From Trypethelium eluteriae (lineage: Eukaryota): DNA of 32,569 nt. Below, in pieces: positions 22,111 to 32,569 of this stretch (positions within the stretch are counted from its first letter, which is position 1; each line of letters opens with the position of its first letter). The stretch covers positions 1-32,569 of the forward strand of contig JAVECL010000256.1 in NCBI GenBank assembly GCA_051942245.1. Reading direction: 5' to 3'. A program made the position numbers and the translations under genes. The notes below the pieces were generated by a model that was not told the origin of the DNA, ran no database searches, and saw only the letters and a program-made list of their open reading frames with translations.

Positions 22111-23753
22111 TGTCTGTAGAAATTCGGGTACAGTTTCACTTGTGGAAGCAGCGTGGAATGAGAAGGACAACGTAGTTGTATCACCTACCAGAGCTTCGGC
22201 ATGTCTTGAAATCACACACTGGAAATTCGTCTATAAGCATAGAAGATCTTATTCCAATGCCCTATGAGGCTGAGCTTGAATAGAATGCGCGGGGTTCGTT
22301 TAGGCCCACATGGAGGCACAGAGACTGCAATACCACGTGGCGTCCATATTGTTGGACCCAGGTTGGATCTCATAATTGAGTTTGCGGTATTTTTGGAAAT
22401 CTCGATCCAGAACGCTCATGGGGAAAAGAGATGTCTGAGCCAATGACACTTACTATTGTCTCTTGGGCTGACACGATTGGTCACGACTATTTGAGCAGGG
22501 ACTGAGCGGAAGCATCGAGTCCACGGATTGGAAGTCTCCGGCCATCAAATCGTGGACTTAGTCATTTCTCGTCCCTCGAACCAGAGGCCAAATTGATGAT
22601 ACGCTTCTTCGTCGAACCGGCATCAAGCCAGGAACGGAGTTCCAATTGACCGCAGCCGGTGAATGAACGGGCAGGAGCGATGGGCGGAGTGAACCTGAAG
22701 CGGGTTCGGTTAGGGCAGATCGGGACTGCGGCGTAGTTCAGGATTTCCATGGCTTGGAAGAGCTTGACTCGGCAGGTCAGTAAACGTTAGCCGGTGTGTG
22801 CGGCACAGTGAGAGGGCCTGTGGACAGCTTGCTGATGACCTCGAACTATTCGTTGCTACGGAATATCGTACGAAGGAACTTCACATGATGGCCGGACTGT
22901 ACCGCTGAATGAGTCGTAAGCGTGGGATGTTGTGCATAGCACCAGGACGTGATTGCGTTGAAGGATGAAGCTGGATTGATGTGGTCAGCTTCACGGCGAC
23001 AATTCTTTGGACTAGGCTGAACTAATCTTCTTTAGGCAGGGGCTCACCCTAAACAGTTGACCGTCGCCACTGCTGAAAGTATCCTCGCTCCACCACCTCG
23101 CGATACTGCAAACCGTTACAAAGTCATGACTTGACCAGTTTCCTGCTCTCATGACTTGAGGCTATGTATTGTAACCATGTTGAAGATCTCGGATTGGCAA
23201 TGAGCTGGGCTGGTTCATGAGGGAACCGCAATCCCTCCCGAAGAAACGGGTCTTGGGGCGAAACGGCGCAGTCAGGCAGGCCAACCGGGCTGACAATGGG
23301 CTGGATGGCGGATTCAGGATTGCATTCAGTTTTACACGGTAAGTGTGACGCGATACTATCTGGCTGCAGCATCGCCGCGTGCAGTACCCCGAATAAAGTG
23401 GTTCAAGCGGCTATTGTTGGCCCCTACAGAATCTTTCAGCCTGCTCGGATCGTATCCTCTCTAGGGAGTAGTCATTCTTTATCTCAACGGCTATCCACTC
23501 ACCCTTGTCTCTCTATACTATTGTAGCACACCGCTTCAGTCATCGAAACCATGCCGTGGGGAAACTGGGTACAGACCGTGCCCCTGCTTCAACGGCTCTG
23601 GAGTGGCAGACCATGGCCGCGTTTGCATTATCCTGATCTTTTAAAGCTTTTTGCCTAGTTTGCTAAGCTATATGTGCTGCGTTCACATTTCAGTACTTAA
23701 CCACTGAAGGTAAGACAAAAGATTAATTCTCAGTTGCAGTCAATTGAGAAAAA

Positions 23754-25036
23754 TGGCATTTAATCTTCTTGGGGACTCTCACGTCTTCTCTAGACTTGGC
23801 TGGAAGCGGGCGATATCCTTTTCTTCTACTTCTACTTCTACTTCTCCCCTATCTCCTCGAATCCCATGTGGGTACTTTCAGGGACTAATAAGGCCAAATA
23901 CCAACATTCGCATTGTTGCACAAAGACTACATATACATCAATTTTCCACCACTGATCGGCGTTACCAAACACAGCTTTGGGCTCGAAGCAGCGTATCTCA
24001 ATCTGTTCCTCCGGCTCCTACGGAACCCACTTACCAGGCCCCCAGTAATGGCATCCTCGCGTTGCTTCCGGAGAAGGCGGTTCCATATGCCGAATTGATG
24101 CGCCTAGAGAAACCAACGGGCCTCTATCTGTTTTATTTTCCATACCTTTTTGGCATCGCCTTCGCAGCATGCAATGTGGAGCCAACGGTCGCTCCCGTTA
24201 CTGTGTTTAGCACAAGCTTGCTCCTTTTCGTGGGTACGATTATCATGCGTGGGGCCGCATGTACTTGGAACGATACCCACGACCGCAATTTCGATCGTCA
24301 AGTAGCCCGGACTCGTTTTCGTCCAATCGCGCGTGGAGCTGTCACGCCTCTGCAAGCACATGCCTTTACTCTTGCCCAGGCTGCGGTGGGCATAGCAACC
24401 CTGGCGTCGATGCCAGCCAATGTCAGCCTTTATGCTGCCCCGAATGTTGCACTACTTGGTTTTTATCCGTTTGCAAAGAGGATTACGAATTACCCCCAGG
24501 TTATTCTTGGATTCCCTGTTGCCTGGGGAATCTTTATGGGGAGTGCTGCATTGGGTTTCGACCCTATCGTGACCTGGATCGCAGAAGGAAACCTGCATGG
24601 CATCGGAGCCGCATTCGGTTGTCTTTATGCGTCGAACCTCGTGTGGACGATCATCTATGACACAATTTACGCGCATCAAGACGTTGAAGATGACAAGAAA
24701 GCCGGAGTCAAATCCATTGCGGTGAAGCATAAAACAAATACAAAGCCGCTTTTATCTGCTCTATCAGTAGTACAAATGTCGACTCTGGTTGCGGCTGGCG
24801 TACTGTCGGGCATGGGACCTGTGTACTATGTTGTCTCTTGCGGAGGCGCTAGCGCCAGTCTTGCAGCCATGGTGTGGAATGTGGAATTAGGAAGTCCCAA
24901 GTCTTGTATGTGGTGGTTCAAAAATGGAGCATTATTGGTAGGTGGAACCATTACATTAGGACTTTTCGGGGAGTATCTATCATCGGTGCAGAGCAGGGAA
25001 GAGTCAGATGGAGCTCATGGCAGGGAGAAGATATGA
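23754..25036 (+). CDS. UbiA-family aromatic (poly)prenyltransferase, Coq2-like
   Basis: PYAELMRLEKP, first Asp-rich motif RGAACTWNDTHDRNFDRQVARTRFRPIARG, YPFAKR, second motif YDTIYAHQDVEDDKKAGVKS, multiple TMs. Long Arg/Ser-rich N-terminal extension; the start codon is uncertain. Confidence 0.92.
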
Positions 25037-25155
25037 AATTCATTGTCGAGAGATGGACTTATTCGGATGGTACGTTCGAATCTGCATATGTGAATAGGCC
25101 GTTCATTGTATAGGTACCTAAGGTATGTATCTTGAAGTCCATGTGAGTCGACCAT

Positions 25156-26585
25156 TCACAAATTACTGACGGGGAGCGAGGTGTGTTTTCTGTAGGTTCT
25201 CATTGTGTCTTGCGTTTCCATGACGATATCATACCCAAAAGTCCAAAGCTGGGCTTCTGGATGGCTCCAAAACACGGAAAGTCCCTCCGAAAGCTCGTTT
25301 GCAAGCAACTCTCGGTCTCGCTTCTCTTGCTCTGGTCCATCGATCATGCTGTTGATATCCCGCATCACCTTGCTACGTCTCTTGGTCTCATGCGCTCGCG
25401 GCATGCGCAATCGTTCGTAAATCGAGAGCAAATGTGGAATCTCGATTCTGTCGCGGACATGCGCAAACAATACGGATAGACAAGCTGCATCTTCTAACCC
25501 TTGTGCCGCGCCTTGTGCTCTGCAACAGTCTCAGTTCAAGGAGGCAACGACAGAGACCTCACACAATCTGGAGAACAGCTCTCGTGTACTTACAAGTAAG
25601 GCAGCATGGCATGTGCAGAGTCACCTACCACAGCTACAAGTCCGCTTGGATGGCACCAATTCGGGAGGTTTGGGATCTCGGTTAGCGTCCATTTCATAGC
25701 TCTCTCAGCTATGTTTAGCAATTTCACAAAACTATTGTCCCAGTCCTTGAAGAAGTCTTTAAGTTCCTGCAAGTAAGCTTCTCGCGGTTGAATCTGTACC
25801 GGTGTATCTCTATCTTCTCGGCGAGATAATATTATATGCAGAAGGTCGCCGCTCTTTGGTGGATAGGTAACGACATGGGCATCTGGGCCAAACCAGGTCG
25901 TGACGGCCGGCTGGTCAACAAACCTTCGCAGTTCCGGACTTTGTCGCAAACGATTAGCATCGACTGCAATGCTCACCACTTCGTCACCACTGTGGAAAGG
26001 CATTTTATCTCCGCCGGGCAATGCCTGCCGTGTTGACGAGTTAGTACCATCGCCGGCAAGGACGAGGTCGCCTTTGTAGAGATCTCCACCAACAAGGGTA
26101 ACCGATGGCGTCGTGAAGTCGACTTCCGCAACTTTGGCGCCCATGTGAATGAGGACGCCTAGAGACTTGGCCTTAACTAGGAGAACTCCATGAAGATCCA
26201 CTCTTCGTGTAACCAGGTACGGGCTATGGTAGTGTTCTTCCATTTGAGGCACCAGTGGTAAAGAGGAAAGCTGTTTTCCATCCCGATACGATCTGATCAC
26301 AATGCTTTGAGGATGGACAGCAGAGGATCTGACCTCATCGAAGACTTCTAGATGCTTCAGACATCTCGCAGCATTAGGCGGTATCTGAATACCAGCGGTA
26401 ATCTAAGACGTGGGAGGTCTTAGTATCATGCGCCTAGCAATTGCAACGTTTATTCGTACGCTTGGAAACCCTGTCATTCGCTCAAAGATGATAACTTCAT
26501 GGCCAGCTTTTCGCAACCCAATTGCAGTAGCAAGACTACTGATTCCGCATCCAACAATCAAGATGCGGCAAGTATAGGGAGCCAT
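25156..26585 (-). CDS. FAD-dependent monooxygenase (salicylate hydroxylase-like, group A)
   Basis: Three exons. ILIVGCGISSLATAIGLRKAGHEVIIFER (Rossmann fold), AGIQIPPNA, DLVLAGDGTNS (DG motif), VVGDSAHAMLPYLAQGAAQGLEDA (GD motif), YERLRMPRA, DGPEQEKRD. Confidence 0.9.
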
Positions 26586-27560
26586 AGAGAAGGCAGGGTT
26601 GACAATGCTCCGATGCTTCGATGTATGAGGGTGGCACAGCCCTACGTACCCACCGTTCAGACGCTCTTATGGAGACAGTCCCAAGGTCATGTTCCGGGGC
26701 CATTACCCCGAGTCTCACACTACAGTGCACTAGATGTTGTCTCGAGTCAGTCGTATGCATATTGTGGCCGGTTGCTGGGTCATTACACATGAGCTGAGAG
26801 TTTTGGGCAAGGGTTCTGCTTACAGTAGATCTTTTGCCAAATTTGGCAATAGTAAAGAATCATTGATTTTCGGTGCGGGCCGACTGTAACACGACGTTAC
26901 CGCCAACTTAGCGCGATGGGTAGCAGGTCTGGATCTTGGCGAAGAAAAGAATCGTCCACAAGCCATGGAGTGATAGCAACAGCTGATTCGTGGTATACCT
27001 TGCGTATTTTCTCTAAGCGCCAGTTCAGTCGTTGCACACGCCAATTCACTTCAGGTCACTACAGGGTAAGCGCAGTATGTTTGTTGGTGGCGTCAATCTC
27101 AACTCTAGTGACCAGTCACTTTACGTGGTGTTGCCTATGGAGCGGTTGCATGCAGGCCAACTCCACTTGTTCAAAGGAAAGGAGCATATTTAGCACACCA
27201 GGGTATCGCACCGTGCCACTTCAGCCTCATGTTTGAACTCTAATGAGAATGCACCCATGTTCAGACCGTGCAGCTCATTGAGTGAGCAGCTAATGTATTG
27301 GCTCTGTCGGCCATGCCTGTTAGTTTTTCTTGATCCCCTGCTCAAATATCCTCTGAAGTGAGCTACAAGCGTTAGGCATATAGTTCAAGTGCTTCCCCCA
27401 AGCCCATACAAAGTCCATACCGAGGCAGCATCGCATCGCAAAGTAAACATATCGTACTTTGGAAGTTCCTGCCTGGGATTAAAGTTGTTTCCACTGGAGT
27501 GTTGTGTCGGGCAGAGCATTATAATATTCAATCGATTTTCAACTTCATCACCATCTCGAA

Positions 27561-28995
27561 ATGGCTACAACAAACGTGGAGACACAGATTGCTCAATTGC
27601 AGTCCATTCTTCAAAATGCGCCAAAGGACCCCGCTTCGCGTCAGAAACTGTATGACGCCGTTTCGGACATGGCATTGAAATTAGAGGGATCTGGTGATAC
27701 AATGCAGCGCGTCTGCTATCTCGTAAGTCTTCAAAAGCTTATGCCTAGGCATCTTCAGAGATTCCGAGCGTTGGCTAATCGAGCTGAAAGCCTTTGCAAC
27801 TCTCGGTTGCCAATATTGCAGTCGATCTCGGACTGTTTGACATCCTAGCCAACAGCACTTCTCCGCTGGGACTGGATGATCTTCAGAAAAAGACTGGGGC
27901 GGATCAGGTTCTTCTAAGTGAGTGACTGATCTCCGCACCAATTCAACTATCTTTCTACCGAGAATCCGGAGCCTAACGCATGAATAGGACGAGTCTTGAG
28001 ATATCTTGCGTCAGTGAACATGGTCGAGGAGACAGGGGCCGACACATTCAAGGCTTCGAACATCACTCAAACCCTAAGTCGACCTCTGATTGCCGCAGGC
28101 TTAAGGCACAAGTTAGTGAATATCCCTCTTTTAAGGCATAAGAATACTTGACTAACCAGTGTACAAGCTTCAATATGTGTGCACCAGCTTTCCAGGAGCT
28201 TCCCAAGTTCCTCAAGGACACCAAATACCAGAATCCCTATGATGTTATGAACTCACCTTTCCAGAGAGCTTTTCAGATAGACGAGCCTCCATTCCTCTGG
28301 GTCCTCAAGCATCCATACCACCTTGAAAACGCTAATAAGTGGATGAGCGTGCAGCGCGAGGGCAGTAACGAATGGCCAGACGCTTTCAACTTTGAGGCCG
28401 AGTGCTGTGCTGGATCCAAGATCACTCCGGAGACACCCGTCTTCGTTGACGTTGGTGGTGGCATCGGTCATCAGTGCCAGCTCCTGAAGGACCGGTATCC
28501 CAACATACAGGGCCGTGTCATCTTGCAAGATCAGCCTCCCATGGTCGCACAAGCGCTGCCGCTGCCAGGTGTGGAGAAGATGGCCCACGATTTCTGGACA
28601 CCGGAGCCTGTCAAAGGTAAGTAGATACTGCATAGAGCATCTCTTGACCATATGGGATTGGAGATACTAACGGCTGGACAGGTGCCAGGGCTTACTATAT
28701 GCGCAACATCCTGCATGACTACCCGGATGAGGCAGGCGCTAAGATTTTGCGCCAGCTGGTGGATGCAATGGACAAAGACTCGGTGATATTGATCGACGAG
28801 ATGGTCTTACCTACCACGGGCACGCATTGGCGCGCAGCGCAACTGGATTTCACTATGATGTCGGCTATGGCTGCGATGGAGCGGACAGAACAGCAGTGGA
28901 AGGAGCTGTTGGATAAGGCAGGACTGAAGATCAAGAAGGTTGTCGTTTATAACGAACAATTACGGGACAGCATCATCGTTGTCGTTCCCAAATAG
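27561..28995 (+). CDS. SAM-dependent O-methyltransferase (Methyltransf_2 type)
   Basis: Five exons. N-terminal dimerisation region (AVDLGLFDIL, RVLRYLAS), FVDVGGGIGH, ILQDQP, HDFWTPEPVKGARAYYMRNILHDYPD (catalytic His-Asp), ERTEQQWKELL. Confidence 0.93.
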
Positions 28996-29491
28996 AATGG
29001 TCGATGCTGGTATGCAGTCATCTCGGATTGACAAGGACTCGGCTGGGATAGGGTAAGAAAGTTCTCTGCTAGACTCAGCTTTCAACATCCGTCTGACCTT
29101 AATTCGAGGTCAAAGTCGCTTTACAAGTCTTTCGCTTCTGACCTCAGGGTAAATGTTTAGCTAAAGAGTCCGCAGAACGCCATGAGTATGGATAAATTTT
29201 CATCAACAGTGGAAATTCAGGTTGAATAGGGTGCCACGAGATTCACGCGAATGAGACACTGGTCTTTGGATAAGACATGGAGCGACGCATTACGGACTCA
29301 TGTCTCTCGTAGGAGAAACTTCAGGAATGAAGCCGCGCCATCATAGCTTCAGTTACGTGGAATAAATCTTAGAGTTTCTGTTGCGAGAAAGCTGAGCCAA
29401 TTCTGACGACACAGCGGCACGTGGAAATCCATGCCAGGGTTCACGCTTTGACCTCTGCGCCAACAACAACATCCTGAAAAGATGGCTTGAG

Positions 29492-30092
29492 GCTGAGATC
29501 ATAGGCGCAAGCGCACAGTAGGTAGCCGGACCAGTGTTTGCACTCCACGTCCTCTCTCCTACGCCAATCGTTTGGACCGATTCCATCCGACTTCATCAAT
29601 TGCAGCGGCGGCGTTATTTGCAAATAGCCAGCGTCCGCTTTAACCTTGGGGCCTGCCGTCCGCAATTGACGTTGCAAGCTTCAATACCACTGGTCTCGGC
29701 TTCTGAGGTCCAGAGTATGGAGGTGGTTGCGACGATTGGCGAGACCGAGACTCCAGACTCTCTGGCAGATGCAAGCATTGAGGCAGGAGCGCTCTCTGAA
29801 CTGGGGTAAGCACGATTATGCCCATGGAGCACCAAAGCCTTCAGATCCTGCAGCCCAAGAATTTGGAGAATTAGTAGGTGAGATTGGTATAATCAAGCAC
29901 CTGGCCAACCTCCAGAGCTTGCCTATTGGCTAATTTGAAGCCATGTTCTCTGACGGAGAGCATCTGAGTTTCGATCTGCTTGTTGGAGATGACGGGGCTA
30001 GCTGTAAAGTCCGCAGGCATATTCTGACAAAGGGAAACGGAAAAGATGTGGCGAAGCGGTGGACTCCTCAGTCTTATGGAATCAAGGCATGA
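29492..30092 (+). pseudogene. Degraded FAD-dependent monooxygenase relic
   Basis: Collinear fragments interrupted by stops and frameshifts: AEIIGASAQ*VAGPVFALHVLS (Rossmann-like), AAALFANSQRPL, RLARPRLQTLW...LNWGK, and *FEAMFSDGEHLSFDLLVGDDGASCKVRRHIL (DG motif). Confidence 0.55.
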
Positions 30093-30595
30093 ATGGAACC
30101 TTTTCGAAAGCCATCCAACATAAACACGCAGAGGGTAGGTTGTATGAACATGCATCAACAGACACGCACAGAATTTGGCTGGATCGTGGCAGCTTGTCCA
30201 CATTGCCATCTCCACGCACTAAGATCCGATGAGATCTCCAAGTTTCCAATGGAGTTATATCTGAAGCATCTCCACAGGGCACGAAATAGCTTCAAACGCT
30301 GCACACAAGAATTCGGCATCTTGGACATCTGGAATTGGCATTGGATATCACCCTTGCTGGACTATTTTCATGTTCCCACAGAATCACTCAGTCGAGCTTC
30401 ATCCTTTCACTGGCAATTCTTGACGTCTTTTGACAAGCTTGTGTGAGGATGCCCAATACTGACAAACCAAGACGGCTTTCGAGGAAAGTAGACGTGGAGT
30501 AGTGCAACAGACAAGTTGGGGTTACTTTGTTCAGCAAATATTCACATAGTATTATTGGGCATCCACGCGTATAGAAAGGGAAGCATCTCAAGTTC

Positions 30596-31374
30596 TCAAA
30601 AGTCGATATCACCACCCTCCACCCAGCTTTTCGCCTGCCAATAGAGCACATCATGCTTCTTTCCGCTCTCAGTTCCGGCTACCACATCGATGCGATGTCC
30701 AGGTAGATCTCTCAACACCTTCACGCCTAACACGACTTCCTGACAATACGCCAGGAACTTGTACCCCCTCGGATACTCCTTCAGTCTCTCCTGATCAATC
30801 CTTGGCACCTTCGTCGGATCCACGGGAAACAGCTTATCCTTCTCGTACCAATGCCTCACAAAATTTGCCCCCCATCGGCCCTCGCGCTTTGAGAAAAAGA
30901 AAATGAAGCGACAGTCCGCCTCAGCGTCGACCTCACAGTCATCCAAGATGAAGCGTTGCGTGATGGTGGCCTTCATCTTGGTCACAGCGCGCGTCGCAGA
31001 CGGATTGATGTCGGTCGTGATGCCATGGCAGCGGTGCATAATGAAGGCGCCATTGTCCATGCCCTTTTTGGAACCGGCGATGAAGTCGTCAATGGTAACC
31101 CGTCCGGACCACGACGTGTAGACAAGAGCGTTTGGGTGGAAGATGGAGGCGAAGTTTTGCCATTCGCAGGAGTCGCTGGTGAAGTATGAGACGCAAAGAG
31201 AGACGAAAGCATTTTCCTGAAGCGCTAGGCGGTTGAGGGAGCTCACCGATAACATGGCCAACCTTCGGCTAGTTCACGTAGCTTGTATCGTTCTAAGACG
31301 AGGTTATCGGGCCCGCTGTTACGAATAGCCTCCTCCGGCCTTGAACCTTCGGGCAAGGAATGAAAATCGACCAT
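30596..31374 (-). CDS. PEP2-like SnoaL/NTF2-fold protein
   Basis: Two exons (31374-31247 and 31175-30596; 235 aa): [51 protein letters not shown]...TSWSG...[10 protein letters not shown]...[11 protein letters not shown]...DCRF...WYEKDK. From memory this closely resembles pea pathogenicity protein 2 of Nectria haematococca. The ORF-track start at 31261 is an artefact of reading through the intron. Confidence 0.85.
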
Positions 31375-32053
31375 GGTTATTCTTGCACGAAGTATCGATC
31401 TTCTATACTAACAGGTGCTCAATTCCCTTTTTCTTTCAATAGAAGTCGCACAAAGACCCCAATCGACTATATTTCTAAGCCAGGAATAGAACTTGCCAAA
31501 GGGACTTTCGAGTCATGTAAAGTTCTAATATTAAGAAAGACATACGACTACTAAAGAAAAGTTCTCTGGTAGATAGCATTGGTTTGACCTTCCCCGCTTG
31601 CGACATCGATCCGCGGCAAGCTACGATGGCAAATCCGACTGGCAGGTGTACCGAATTGTATAGCCAGACGACCATCGAGACTTTATGAAGCTTAGAAGGA
31701 TAATGAAAATACGACCACCACGATATATTCACGTTTACGCAATCTCTCACATAACAATGACGAGATAGAGGAAATGATAGAGCAGCCGCCAGATGCAACG
31801 GGGATATTGTTAGTTATTACTGCTGAATTCCTCTAGATATGGTATGGTGTCTGGAAATAACCCGTTGAGAAATGGGTGATTGAGGATTTGAGGTTTCTTT
31901 AAAGTGAAACTCGACGAATAAGACACATTATTGATGAAATGCAAAGCCAACGCGTAACGCGCATCACGATACAGGCCGTATCCTCCCAGCAAAGCCAATG
32001 CAAAGCGCCTTCAACTCCTTGAGATGCCAAAGCCGTAATGTAAACCTTTCCCC

Positions 32054-32569
32054 TTAGCTTCCCGAAGTCCCAGTTCCTCCCACTCTCCCAAAAAACGCAA
32101 TATTCTCTCTCAACGCAACATACTCGCTATCCGCATACCCCAACACTCCACTAATCTCCGTACTCTGCAACCCCTTAACCCTCCCGATCTCATTCGAACT
32201 ATAATTCACCACCGCCCTCCCAACCTCCTTCCCTGCCTCCACCGCTCCTCCTACCACCGGCACCCGCTGCGGCACCGCGCCCCCCGCCAATATCACATCC
32301 GCATCAGGCGTCACCGGCGTCTCAGGCTGCCCATCCACCGCTCCTACTCCCGCTGCTCCTCCTACCAACGTTGTCGCTGCCGCCACCCCGCCTCTCGACA
32401 CTACCACCAACCTTACCGCCTCCTGCTGCGCAAAGCTCCCCTCAACATCCACCACCCCAACAGGCAGCAGGCCCGCCTTATCGAGGAGCGCGCGGTGGGC
32501 GCCCGGGTCGATGAAGACGGTGCCGTGCGGCGCGATGCCGTGCAGGAGCCAGAAAGAGCGGTCGCGGAT
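32054..32569 (-). CDS. pro1: Glutamate 5-kinase, C-terminal PUA region (5' end outside the window)
   Basis: Frame open from the window edge: IRDRSFWLLHGIAPHGTVFIDPGAHRALLDKAGLLPVGVVDVEGSFAQQEAV...EVGRAVVNYSSNEIGRVKGLQSTEISGVLGYADSEYVALRENI, typical of fungal glutamate 5-kinase. Confidence 0.88.
   Translation of the reverse strand: MRDRSFWLLHGIAPHGTVFIDPGAHRALLDKAGLLPVGVVDVEGSFAQQEAVRLVVVSRGGVAAATTLVGGAAGVGAVDGQPETPVTPDADVILAGGAVPQRVPVVGGAVEAGKEVGRAVVNYSSNEIGRVKGLQSTEISGVLGYADSEYVALRENIAFFGRVGGTGTSGS

Noticed and set aside
22400..23700. Short ORFs (22562-22750, 23124-23372) and a Cys/Gly-rich peptide near 23540-23630
   Set aside because: No recognisable domain or consistent splice model; treated as intergenic, although a decayed gene cannot be excluded without BLASTX.
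9982..27560. Shared AflR-like TCG(N5)CGA or CGG-pair motif in cluster promoters
   Set aside because: A partial by-eye scan found only isolated CGG/CCG pairs with inconsistent spacing; it needs proper motif discovery.
31400..32050. ORFs 31475-31798 and 31810-31998
   Set aside because: No family motifs, AT-rich; probably the glutamate 5-kinase 3' region and the PEP2-like promoter.
32054..32569. Glutamate 5-kinase as an arginine/ornithine precursor-supply gene of the NOS cluster
   Set aside because: It looks like the ordinary housekeeping gene with a different base composition; nothing in the sequence ties it to the cluster.

Overview
Intron-rich filamentous ascomycete DNA. Housekeeping-type genes flank the window: partial exo70, a GT8 glycosyltransferase and a cPLA2/lysophospholipase on the left, and a partial glutamate 5-kinase on the right. 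Between them (~8.3-31.4 kb), just after a short chromovirus integrase relic, lies an apparent specialised-metabolism island with no PKS, NRPS, terpene cyclase or transcription factor. It contains a DHA2 MFS exporter, a full-length nitric oxide synthase-like gene (oxygenase + FMN + FAD/NADPH domains, split over 6 exons), a head-to-head pair of related multicopper oxidases, a PTH11-like membrane protein, a UbiA prenyltransferase, a flavin monooxygenase, an O-methyltransferase, a decayed second monooxygenase and a PEP2/SnoaL-like protein. One oxidase is intact but has an unusual Gln at the T1 axial position. The other has lost the T1 site and one T3 site but keeps the three His of the other T3 copper. 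The main hypothesis (inference) is an NO-dependent fungal pathway that nitrates, nitrosates or N-N couples a prenylated phenol. Gene models and family calls were made by eye from translations, splice signals and remembered motifs; no searches were run.
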